Of a stretch of 60,445 nt of DNA, positions 52,524 through 60,445 are shown piece by piece. The stretch spans positions 1 through 60,445 of the forward strand of contig JBPOHR010000003.1 of the NCBI GenBank assembly GCA_052035325.1, written 5' to 3'. This DNA comes from Patescibacteria group bacterium. GTDB lineage: Bacteria > Patescibacteriota > Microgenomatia > UBA1400 > PJMF01. The translations under genes were made by a program, and so were the position numbers. Numbering within the stretch: position 1 is the first letter of the stretch; every line of letters starts with the position of its first letter. The notes under the pieces were generated by a model. The model made no database searches. It saw only the letters and a program-made list of their open reading frames with translations, and was not told where the DNA came from.

Positions 52524-53627
52524 TTAGAGGTACTCTTTTTGATCTTCCTCTTTCAATCGCTCTACCAATTTTTTGACGTCTTGACTTCGTTTCTTGGGCG
52601 CGATCATCAAAATTTCAGGAGTGTCAACAATTATCATATCGTCAATACCAACCAAAGCAATAAGTCTATCGCTCAAGTGAATCATGTTATTCTTCGAATC
52701 AATAGTAAGCGTTTTGCCTTTTTGATCTTCAGCCAAAATCACTGTCCCATCAGCATTCTTTTTGCCCAAATCATACACAACTTTCCATTCACCGATATCA
52801 TCCCACCCAAAATCTCCAGGAATCAGTAATAAATTATCAGCCTTTTCTGAAATGGCGTAATCAATAGAAATTGAAGGTGCCTTCTCATAAATGCTGGGCA
52901 ATTGTGCAAAAAAATCCTTAGCAGACAATGTTGGCAGTTTCTTTGTCAGTTCGAACACCTCTGGCATATGCAGTTCAAAAGCATCCTGGAGTGCTTGTGC
53001 TGACCATACATAGTTGTTGGCATTCCAGAAGTACTTGCCCGTTGATATAAATGCTCGAGCGGTTGCTGTATCTGGTTTTTCCGTAAAGCTATCTACCTTG
53101 AATACTGATACTTTACCTGCCATTTTGCGCACTTCGGCTCCAACTTTAATGTATCCAAAAGCGCTTGATGGATAGGTAGGAGTAATGCCAACTGATACTA
53201 GATAGTGAGGGTCAGTAGCGACTTCTACTGCAGCTCGCATCAGACGCAGAAACTCCTGTTCACGGACTACGACGTGATCTGCTGCGTCATTGACCAAGAT
53301 TGCCTCTGCATCCAGAGATTTGGCATATAGTGCCGCTGTTAACATTGCGAGAGCTGTATCTTTCTTTGCTGGCTCGGCAATAATGTTTTCAATAGGTATA
53401 AGAGGAAGCTCTTTTTTAACCTCATCAACGTACGCTTTGGTTGTAATAACAATCAGCCGCTCCCAGGGAACTAACTTTGCAAAACGACTTGCTGTGACCT
53501 GGAGCATTGTGTCTTCACCAGTGAGTTTGAGAAATTGCTTGGGAGTCTTTGTACGCGACTTCGGCCATAACCGAGTTCCGCCACCACCAGCTAGAATAAC
53601 AGCATAGGCGTGATCAAGTGGATTCAT
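52524..53627 (-). CDS. manC: Mannose-1-phosphate guanylyltransferase
   Basis: ILAGGGGTRLWPKSR...PKQFL, EPAKKDTA, FTEKP, FWNAN, SIDYAISEK, GWDDIGEW; SD GAAAGGA before ATG 53627. Confidence 0.93.
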   Translation of the reverse strand: MNPLDHAYAVILAGGGGTRLWPKSRTKTPKQFLKLTGEDTMLQVTASRFAKLVPWERLIVITTKAYVDEVKKELPLIPIENIIAEPAKKDTALAMLTAALYAKSLDAEAILVNDAADHVVVREQEFLRLMRAAVEVATDPHYLVSVGITPTYPSSAFGYIKVGAEVRKMAGKVSVFKVDSFTEKPDTATARAFISTGKYFWNANNYVWSAQALQDAFELHMPEVFELTKKLPTLSAKDFFAQLPSIYEKAPSISIDYAISEKADNLLLIPGDFGWDDIGEWKVVYDLGKKNADGTVILAEDQKGKTLTIDSKNNMIHLSDRLIALVGIDDMIIVDTPEILMIAPKKRSQDVKKLVERLKEEDQKEYL

Positions 53628-54741
53628 GACGGTCCTTTCGCGAGTTTGCCTGGTGGTGCTGCCACTCTGTCGTGACATACGTTTGCCACTGGCGAACGAA
53701 GCTAGTTGTACCATATTTTTGTGCAATTTGCCTCAATTGACTAGCATTCATTTTTGTACTAGATAGATTTCTGATCGCAGCAACTACCGCTTCGACGGTT
53801 GATTCGGTAATATGGATGGCATGTTTCGCGTCAAGTATTTCTGCTACCCCACTTTTTGTATGCATAATCGTGGGTGTCCCCACAGCAGCTGCTTCTAAAG
53901 CGGTTATTCCGAAGTCCTCAATTCCAGGCATCAGTAAGGCTTCGGCATCAGTCAGTGCTGTCACAACTACATCATCTGGCTGTTGGCCAAGCCAAATAAC
54001 TGGACCATCCTTTGCTATCTGTCGTAGCCGTGACTCATCAGGACCAGTACCAATTATGACCAGTGGTTTCCCCAGTTGTGCACAAGCTTTGATTGCCAAA
54101 TCAATCTGTTTGTATGCTACCAACCTTGAAACAACTAAAACATACGGCGATGTTGGTAGTAAAATCTGACGCATTTCACTTCCTGTTATTTCACGAACCG
54201 GCGGATACATGACTTTTGCTGGCGCAAAGTGATATGACTCTCGTACTCGCGCCGCAACTAAATGTGAGATGGGTACTGTCAGATCTGGCCTCCTAGCGGC
54301 GACTTGATCTGAGGCCTGTACATATCGATAGATAAACGAAGAAAGTGGTGATGAAAAATACATGGCACGATGACTATACAAATATCGAGGAGGCGTCAAC
54401 AAATAACAAATATGCAATTGTGTGGGTGTAGTCAACACGCCCTTTGCAGTCGCACTTGTTACCGAAATAATCACTTCAAATTCGTGTAAATCAAGTGTTT
54501 CAAACGCGAGTGGGCTGAAGAGCATGACAAATCGTTGTCGACGCAACCATTCTGGCAATAGTTGCAACCAGGTAGTTCTCACATCCCATTCGTTCAACCA
54601 GGTTGTACGAGACTCGATGCGCTGCGACGTGTAGAGTGGTGCATCAGGAAAAGCTATATGTAGGGCTTGGAGCACCTGCTCTGCACCACCAACCGGAGTA
54701 TCCAGCCAATCATAGACAATTGCTACCTTAGGTTGAGTCAT
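53614..54741 (-). CDS. GT4 glycosyltransferase (probable mannosyltransferase)
   Basis: KVAIVYDWL...GGAEQVL, YLLTPPRYLY, SRLVAYKQID, EDFGITALEA; start set at ATG 54741. Confidence 0.92.
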   Translation of the reverse strand: MTQPKVAIVYDWLDTPVGGAEQVLQALHIAFPDAPLYTSQRIESRTTWLNEWDVRTTWLQLLPEWLRRQRFVMLFSPLAFETLDLHEFEVIISVTSATAKGVLTTPTQLHICYLLTPPRYLYSHRAMYFSSPLSSFIYRYVQASDQVAARRPDLTVPISHLVAARVRESYHFAPAKVMYPPVREITGSEMRQILLPTSPYVLVVSRLVAYKQIDLAIKACAQLGKPLVIIGTGPDESRLRQIAKDGPVIWLGQQPDDVVVTALTDAEALLMPGIEDFGITALEAAAVGTPTIMHTKSGVAEILDAKHAIHITESTVEAVVAAIRNLSSTKMNASQLRQIAQKYGTTSFVRQWQTYVTTEWQHHQANSRKDRHEST

Positions 54742-54745
54742 ATAG

Positions 54746-55828
54746 CTACACCCTCTGATACGCTGCAAGTGTCTGTTTTGCCATATTGTCCCAAGAATAC
54801 TGTGCTACCCACCTAAGCCCGTCTTTTCGAAGCTGTTCACGCTTTTCAAGTGTCAATTCAGCCAATGCCATCACAAGTGAATTGGCATTTTCTGGATCAA
54901 AAAATACTGCAGCGCTACCATACACTTCACGGAAAATAGCTAAATCCGATGCAACTACCGGCAAACCACTCGCCATCGCCTCAATTCCGGTTAAACCAAA
55001 GCCTTCTGATAATGATGGCTGCACCAAGGCTGTGGCTTTTTTGAGATATGGCTCAAGTTTTTCGTCAGAAACATACCCTGCCCACTCGATTTGCGATGCT
55101 ACTCCCAACCGATTTGCTTGATCTTGAACCGCTGACTGAAAAACAGAACGTGAACCAATAACAATCAGCTGCAAACTTCGAGATTGCTTTAGAGCCTCCA
55201 GTACAACTGCAATGTTTTTGTGCGGATACAACGAACCAATGTACAACAAAGTATGGTGTGTCGACCGATTCACACTAACTGGCGAATCTAACAATGCCGT
55301 AGCACCTTCCTTTGTCACGATAACTTTATTAACCTGGTCCGGATAATAGGTAGCAATTTCTCGTTGCACGGTAGCTGCAGGCACGAGAATTGTAGATGCC
55401 TGGGTAATCGCATGTCGAGCCACCAGTCGATACGCTACATATTTAAGCCAATACTGCCATGAGGGCAACGTAGTCACTTGAGTACCACGTTGGTGATGCC
55501 ACAGTAAATCATGAATTGTCACTACTAGTTTGCCAGAATAGAATAACGGCACATTGAAGTGTGGCACATGCAGGACATCAACTTGAGCCGCGGCAAAATG
55601 TCGAGGCATTTCAAATTGCTCTCTAAGACCATAATGTGGAACAGTAACAACACATTTTTGCACATTCGGTGCATCGGGAACTTCATCCGCCTGACTTTGC
55701 TCATTAAACCAAAACACCCACTCCGTTTCCGGAGCGAGTGCTGGTAATCGCAAAATTAAGTTAAGAATATACCGACCAATGCCGGCGTGACGGATCCCAC
55801 TGAGTCGACAATCGACGCCGATTTTCAT
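54746..55828 (-). CDS. GT4 glycosyltransferase (MtfB-like)
   Basis: GIGRY, VVTIHDL, GSLYPHKN, PSLSEGFGL.GIEAMASGLPV.ASD. Confidence 0.92.
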   Translation of the reverse strand: MKIGVDCRLSGIRHAGIGRYILNLILRLPALAPETEWVFWFNEQSQADEVPDAPNVQKCVVTVPHYGLREQFEMPRHFAAAQVDVLHVPHFNVPLFYSGKLVVTIHDLLWHHQRGTQVTTLPSWQYWLKYVAYRLVARHAITQASTILVPAATVQREIATYYPDQVNKVIVTKEGATALLDSPVSVNRSTHHTLLYIGSLYPHKNIAVVLEALKQSRSLQLIVIGSRSVFQSAVQDQANRLGVASQIEWAGYVSDEKLEPYLKKATALVQPSLSEGFGLTGIEAMASGLPVVASDLAIFREVYGSAAVFFDPENANSLVMALAELTLEKREQLRKDGLRWVAQYSWDNMAKQTLAAYQRV

Positions 55829-55844
55829 GGCAGGCTAGTCTCGT

Positions 55845-56273
55845 TTACTTTGCTGTACGACGAGCTTTCTTGGTTTTGGTTGTTTTCGCAGAACGAGTGG
55901 TCTTGGTAGCAGTTTCCATGTCTTTCATGGCAGCCTGAAGTGCTTTGACACTGTCTTGTTCTGTTGCAGTAGGCCATGTGTTAGCAAACAACTCTTTTTC
56001 AAGTTTACGTGCTTGCATCTCACGCATCATGTTCATCACGACAGCATAGATAAAGTACCCAGCACCAATCGCAAAGATTACTACGGGCATTAACTTGAAG
56101 ACTGCAGGTTGTTCTAGTAATTGTTGACCGGCAAATACGTATTGAATTAGTAGCTGTGGCAAGATTACCAGAGCAAAAAATGCTGCAACTATCACAGCAA
56201 TTGATTCGAGGGTTGTTTGCACATTGCGAGCTCGCAATTGCGTAATCATGAATTCATGGTGGGCGGTTGTCAT
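55845..56273 (-). CDS. Small two-TM membrane protein with a Lys/Thr/Arg-rich C-terminal tail
   Basis: SD AAGGAG, ATG 56273 overlapping the upstream TGA; tail TATKTTRSAKTTKTKKARRTAK. Confidence 0.8.
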   Translation of the reverse strand: MTTAHHEFMITQLRARNVQTTLESIAVIVAAFFALVILPQLLIQYVFAGQQLLEQPAVFKLMPVVIFAIGAGYFIYAVVMNMMREMQARKLEKELFANTWPTATEQDSVKALQAAMKDMETATKTTRSAKTTKTKKARRTAK

Positions 56274-57148
56274 ACTGCTCCTTTTTTTATTTGTAAGACA
56301 ATGTCTATCACAGAGCGAACCCATTTGGGGTACGCGTTTTGATAGTATTTGTCATAGTATTGCAACATTGTGTCAAAAAACAAGTGGTGAGTTTTGGTTG
56401 CGGTTTGTTTAGAGAGGCTGGAAATGCCTGATTTATACTTATGATGAATAATGTTCACATCTGGGTTAAAGACTATTTTCCACCCAGCTTCACGGAAACG
56501 TCGACACCAATCAAGATCTTCAGCATACATAAAGAACTGTTCATCAAGTAAGCCCACTTTCTTCATTGCTGCCGTCCTGACGATCATCGCGGCACCAGAA
56601 CACGCATCAATTTCGTGAATTGATTCAAGTGATTTGTAGTATTGGTGATATTGACCAAACCATTCACTATGAGGAAACAAACCTTCTAGTCCAAGATAGT
56701 AGGTAAAAGCAGCCCAAAGTGTTGGCTCACCTCGATGTGATGCGGGATCTATACTACCATTTTCAAGCACTATCTTTGGCGTGATCACACCCACTTCTAC
56801 ATGTGCATCCATGTATGCCAATAATACATCCAGATTGCTCGCAGTTGTCAGCTCTGTATCAGAGTTTAGCAACATTGCATAGGTTGTATCGACATGTGCT
56901 AGAGCTTTGTTATTTGCTGCTGCAAAACCCACATTTTCTGGTAATTCTATAAGTTCTACATCTCGGTATGAGCGCCGAACTAATTCTTGGCTATCGTCAA
57001 CACTGCCATTGTCTACCACCACTACCTTCACCAATGTTTTTGTTTTTGATAGATACCATTCTTGAAGAGATTCAAGCGTCTTTTTCAGCCAAAAGCTACT
57101 GTTGTAACTAACAAGAATAATAGTGAGTGAACTGCGTGTTTTTGACAT
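56270..57148 (-). CDS. GT2 glycosyltransferase (WbbL/rhamnosyltransferase-like)
   Basis: IILVSYNS, VVVDNGSVD, NVGFAAANN, LLNSD, SGAAMIVR, DEQFFMYAEDLDWC; start set at ATG 57148. Confidence 0.92.
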   Translation of the reverse strand: MSKTRSSLTIILVSYNSSFWLKKTLESLQEWYLSKTKTLVKVVVVDNGSVDDSQELVRRSYRDVELIELPENVGFAAANNKALAHVDTTYAMLLNSDTELTTASNLDVLLAYMDAHVEVGVITPKIVLENGSIDPASHRGEPTLWAAFTYYLGLEGLFPHSEWFGQYHQYYKSLESIHEIDACSGAAMIVRTAAMKKVGLLDEQFFMYAEDLDWCRRFREAGWKIVFNPDVNIIHHKYKSGISSLSKQTATKTHHLFFDTMLQYYDKYYQNAYPKWVRSVIDIVLQIKKGAV

Positions 57149-57149
57149 G

Positions 57150-58343
57150 TCAAATCGTCCCAAGTTCACGATACACCCGATCGAGCTGCTGTGAAATCAG
57201 CTTCCAGTCATATCGCGTCTGTACAAATTTTTTTCCAGCTTCAGCTAGTGATGCCCGTAATGAGGCATCTCTTAATAATCGCACCGCTTCGTTGGCCATT
57301 CCATCAGCAGTATTACTAAGCAGTATCTCCTTTTCGTGTGTAACACCTAGTCCTTCAACCGCAATAGTCGTTGCCACAATAGGTGTTCCGCTTGCCATTC
57401 CCTCGAGTATTTTGTAGCGTGTCCCTTTACCACTAAACACTGGTGCTACCAACACATGTGCGCCCTTAAATGCGTCACGAATATCAGGAATACCACCTGT
57501 TACCGTAATGCTACTATCGGTTTGCTGATACTCAAGCACTTCTTGAGTTGGTGCATTGCCAACAATCCACAGTCGAGCGCGGGGTATCTGTTTTTTTATC
57601 CTTGGCCACACTTCTTTGACTAAAAATTGTACTGCCTCAACATTGGGCAACCATTTGAATGTGCCCACCGATAAAATGGTGGGTTCGCTCGGCAGTTTGG
57701 TTGAATGCGCCTCAAACCACTCCGCATCCACCCCATTCGCTACCACTTCAATTTTACTGCTATCTATTTCTTGACTGATAAATGCTCGATCCTCTTCGCT
57801 CATTACAATCAACTTATCGCATGATTGCCAATAGAATTTTTCCCAGCGTTTAATCTTCGCGATATCAATCGCCAGTAGTTGTTTGAGAAAGGGAAACTTA
57901 CTCTTAGCTGCATAACTTTCATACCCTAAATACTCAATAGTTTGTTCAACCAAAATTGTCGGTACTGTTGTCTGCGGCAAATGAGGCATCATGTAAAATG
58001 TTTCGGCATGAATCAAATCATACTTCTCGTCTGAAAGTTCTTGCTCAATAGCACCGATTGTTTCCGGCACATAATTTCTAATTACCAAAAAAGGGAAACT
58101 TGATAGTAACGTGCGAAAAATATTCAGTGGTGTAAAAGGTTGCTTGGAGCGCTTGAAAACTCGTACCTTACTACAAAACTTTTCCAACTCAGGGATGTAC
58201 TGTTTCTCACTGTGATCTTTTATCAACGCAAACAATGTAATTTCGTGTTTTTTGGCTAGTTTCTTGAGCAAATTGTAGGTTCTAATTTGGCCACCAGACA
58301 GTAAAGGATACGGCAAATAGGGAGTAAGCATCAAGATTTTCAT
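57150..58343 (-). CDS. GT4 glycosyltransferase
   Basis: PYPLLSGGQIRTYNL, VVANGVD, GTFKWLPN, GKGTRYKILEGMASG.PIV.T. Confidence 0.92.
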   Translation of the reverse strand: MKILMLTPYLPYPLLSGGQIRTYNLLKKLAKKHEITLFALIKDHSEKQYIPELEKFCSKVRVFKRSKQPFTPLNIFRTLLSSFPFLVIRNYVPETIGAIEQELSDEKYDLIHAETFYMMPHLPQTTVPTILVEQTIEYLGYESYAAKSKFPFLKQLLAIDIAKIKRWEKFYWQSCDKLIVMSEEDRAFISQEIDSSKIEVVANGVDAEWFEAHSTKLPSEPTILSVGTFKWLPNVEAVQFLVKEVWPRIKKQIPRARLWIVGNAPTQEVLEYQQTDSSITVTGGIPDIRDAFKGAHVLVAPVFSGKGTRYKILEGMASGTPIVATTIAVEGLGVTHEKEILLSNTADGMANEAVRLLRDASLRASLAEAGKKFVQTRYDWKLISQQLDRVYRELGTI

Positions 58344-58344
58344 A

Positions 58345-59796
58345 TCACTTCAGTTGAGCACTACTGGTTGCAATAGGTTGTTGCAAATCCAAGATCGTAT
58401 ATCGCTTGCCTTTTTCCAGTGTGGTAAAACGTTGTTGAAGGCTTCGTAATTCATCGTCTTCAACCGTCGTCACGTAGTGTGTCGCACCTTCGCGAATTTT
58501 TTGATCTATATCACTTCCTAATGCCCAACCTGTCCTGTTTGTCTGGAAAAGAAATTGTGTGTCAGTAAACGCAGGAGCAATAATTTTGGCATCAGGAGAA
58601 GTCAGACGATCAATGGCCTGCCCTGCTTCTACATATTCCCAATGATTAATATTATAAAAGCCTTTAATGTGCTGCCAAGCAATTAACTCCATTGCAATCA
58701 AAAGAATTGCCACTGTCACACCTGCTATGTTGGCACTAAATCGTTTCAGCAACCAGTCGTAAACAATAATTACCCCTCTGCCAATACTGATCGATACGAT
58801 AGGCACCAGAATCACTTGATAATAATCATGTTGGACATTTCCAGTTGCCACTGCTGACAAATATGCCACCATACCCAACCACCAAGCAGCGTAAATCACC
58901 ACTTCTTTTTTCCGCCAGGCAACCAAATTGATTGCTCCAAATAACGCCCCTATTATGCCGCCTATTAATAAAGTCAGCCGCTCCCATAACAACCACCGGA
59001 ACCAGGCTGGTCGCCAACGAATACCATTGCCATTCCATAACCATTCATTGGCAGGAATACCACTTGGGTACTGCTCAATCCATTTTCGCCAAGCAATAAA
59101 AGGAACGAAAGATAACCCTGCTAATAAATAGATGCGATAATCCAAAAATCCCTTCCAACCACGTCTATACCAGGTCAAAGCAACAAACAAAGGTGCCAAA
59201 AACACCACAAAAGGCTTGAGTAACACCGCTAATGTCAAACTCATCAGTGCCACTAGATACGCTGTAAGTGTCTTCTTCTCTAACCAATAGTCATACGCTA
59301 GTAGCGCTGTCCCAATCACCCCCAGCATAACTGCTTCTGGCAAAATCGCCCGAGAATAGTACACACTGTATGGCAAAATCGCCATGACCACTGCAGTCAC
59401 CAAGGCGACCTTTTCATCTGACACTCTTCTCACTAATCCATATAGTGTCGCTATTCCCAACAATGAAAAGATAATGGATACCAATCGCCCTACCACAATT
59501 TCGTTAGCACCAGTGATTAGAATAAGTCCTGCCGTCAACCCGTTCACCCATGGAAACTCAACCATTCGCCAACCTTCAGTATTTGGGGTTCCTGATTGCG
59601 AGTTGGATAAGTCCTGATAACGAGGATGAAGCAAATCAATGCCATGCTTTACATATTCTCTGGTAACTGAGGCGGTGTCCGCTTGACGAAATGAGTGCCA
59701 GTCTGCAACAGGATTTTGCATCCAAAATAATCTGAGTACGAATGCAACAGCTAAAATCAGTAAGACCCATCGATAGCGAATCAACCAAGTTGGCAT
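58345..59796 (-). CDS. ArnT/PMT-like (GT-C) membrane glycosyltransferase
   Basis: VLRL, DWHSFRQADTA, EFPW, YSRAILPE, VLLKPF, QHDYYQ; many TMs. Confidence 0.85.
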   Translation of the reverse strand: MPTWLIRYRWVLLILAVAFVLRLFWMQNPVADWHSFRQADTASVTREYVKHGIDLLHPRYQDLSNSQSGTPNTEGWRMVEFPWVNGLTAGLILITGANEIVVGRLVSIIFSLLGIATLYGLVRRVSDEKVALVTAVVMAILPYSVYYSRAILPEAVMLGVIGTALLAYDYWLEKKTLTAYLVALMSLTLAVLLKPFVVFLAPLFVALTWYRRGWKGFLDYRIYLLAGLSFVPFIAWRKWIEQYPSGIPANEWLWNGNGIRWRPAWFRWLLWERLTLLIGGIIGALFGAINLVAWRKKEVVIYAAWWLGMVAYLSAVATGNVQHDYYQVILVPIVSISIGRGVIIVYDWLLKRFSANIAGVTVAILLIAMELIAWQHIKGFYNINHWEYVEAGQAIDRLTSPDAKIIAPAFTDTQFLFQTNRTGWALGSDIDQKIREGATHYVTTVEDDELRSLQQRFTTLEKGKRYTILDLQQPIATSSAQLK

Positions 59797-59797
59797 A

Positions 59798-60445
59798 TCA
59801 CTTCTTCTTGCGTTTTACCCGTGGCGTATCAGGTGAAGACGCTGGCAAAGACGCAGGTTTTGTCACAAAATATGCCATCACTAAACCAGCTAGTGCCCAG
59901 TAGCTCATGGCTACCTTTGATGCTGCAAACACATCAATAAACGAAGCATTAATCAGTAATCCTACCGTGCCAGCCAACCAACCAATACTAAGTGCTCTTC
60001 CCAGCACGTCCTGATCGGTAATATGACGCAGAACAAACCAAGCAACTACAGCGATAACTCCATAGAACGTAATAAAACCTAGAGCTCCCGTTTCGCCTAG
60101 GGTTCTCAGGAAATTATTGTCGGTACTCTCTGCTTCAGTGAACTGCACCACACTTTCTTTTGTGAGTGTGGCGTACCCACTACCGAGTAAAGGATTGCGC
60201 CAAAAACCGGCGATTGCCCGTGGCCACAAGGTCTCTAAACGGATGCACACCGATAGACTTTGCTTCAACGCACAATCAGACCAAACTCGAGGCCCTTTGT
60301 CTACCAATATAGTGGTAGCAGAACCAGATGCTGATATTGTCGCTACTTCTACTATGTCCGGCACGTCCACTACCACATCACTCGGTCGAGTAGCCACAGG
60401 TCGTTCATCTGACGGGACTAGGACACCTTGCGCAATCGCATCGTC
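59798..60445 (-). CDS. O-antigen ligase / Wzy-like protein, C-terminal part (5' end outside window)
   Basis: Frame open to the window edge; WPRAI.GF.RNPLLGSGY, TDNNFLRTLGETGALG, NASFIDVFAASK. Confidence 0.78.
   Translation of the reverse strand, partial: DDAIAQGVLVPSDERPVATRPSDVVVDVPDIVEVATISASGSATTILVDKGPRVWSDCALKQSLSVCIRLETLWPRAIAGFWRNPLLGSGYATLTKESVVQFTEAESTDNNFLRTLGETGALGFITFYGVIAVVAWFVLRHITDQDVLGRALSIGWLAGTVGLLINASFIDVFAASKVAMSYWALAGLVMAYFVTKPASLPASSPDTPRVKRKKK

Noticed and set aside
44938-53591. Repeated GCTGGTGG (E. coli Chi-like) octamers on the minus strand, e.g. 44938-44945 and 53584-53591
   Set aside because: The copies checked encode Ala-Gly-Gly in frame, so codon content explains them. 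There is no evidence for RecBCD here.
8604-57169. Long N-terminal extensions implied by the ORF track (NUDIX, lemA, methyltransferase, ftsW, murA, mraZ, manC, GT4, 55845 gene, GT2)
   Set aside because: Downstream ATGs fit SD motifs, stop/start overlaps and family N-termini better, so the starts were shortened.
2-60397. Numerous 60-185 aa ORFs antisense to or overlapping core genes (e.g. 516-938, 938-1363, 22716-23381, 26313-26840, 29004-29561)
   Set aside because: They are shadow frames of well-supported genes, with no start signals or recognisable motifs.
1-60445. Alternative genetic code (UGA=Gly, as in Gracilibacteria/Absconditabacteria)
   Set aside because: Core genes are full length under code 11, and TGA serves as a true stop in ATGA overlaps (gatA/NUDIX at 5928-5931, GT2 at 56270-56273).
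1-60445. CRISPR array, IS element, integrase or prophage
   Set aside because: No regularly spaced repeats, terminal inverted repeats, or transposase, recombinase or phage motifs were seen.

Overview
Core-genome segment of a compact bacterial chromosome, using standard code 11 with most genes on the minus strand. Gene content and protein families point to Patescibacteria (CPR), probably the Microgenomates group (inference). Left to right: partial dnaE; an orphan; a gatC-gatA-NUDIX-gatB operon; lemA-htpX; three tRNAs (Asp-GTC, Gly-CCC, Thr-CGT) with a small orphan islet between the last two; a surface-glycan block (ArnT-like GT, WaaL/Wzy-like protein, GT2, flippase); lepB; a lone parB; a stand-alone receiver domain; rplU-methyltransferase-rpmA; rodA; ileS; a rearranged dcw cluster (mraZ-rsmH-ftsL-ftsI-murE-yvcK-murC-murB-murA-mraY-ftsW-murG-ftsQ-ftsA-ftsZ); glyQS; recO; and a second glycosylation operon running off the right edge. 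The strongest signal is non-coding. Both aminoacyl-tRNA synthetase genes carry miniature T-box leaders in which Stem I is only a 6-bp hairpin with a C-N-[codon]-A hexaloop (AUC for ileS, GGC for glyQS), and each T-box bulge matches the cognate discriminator base. The ileS leader ends in a hairpin that is both a U7 terminator and a Shine-Dalgarno sequestrator. Also notable: many apparently leaderless genes, C55 in both C34 tRNAs, an Asp-for-Cys MurA, YvcK/GlmR inside the dcw cluster, and a ParB lacking the parS-reading Arg. No CRISPR array, transposase or integrase was seen. All annotations come from reading motifs by eye; no database searches were run.
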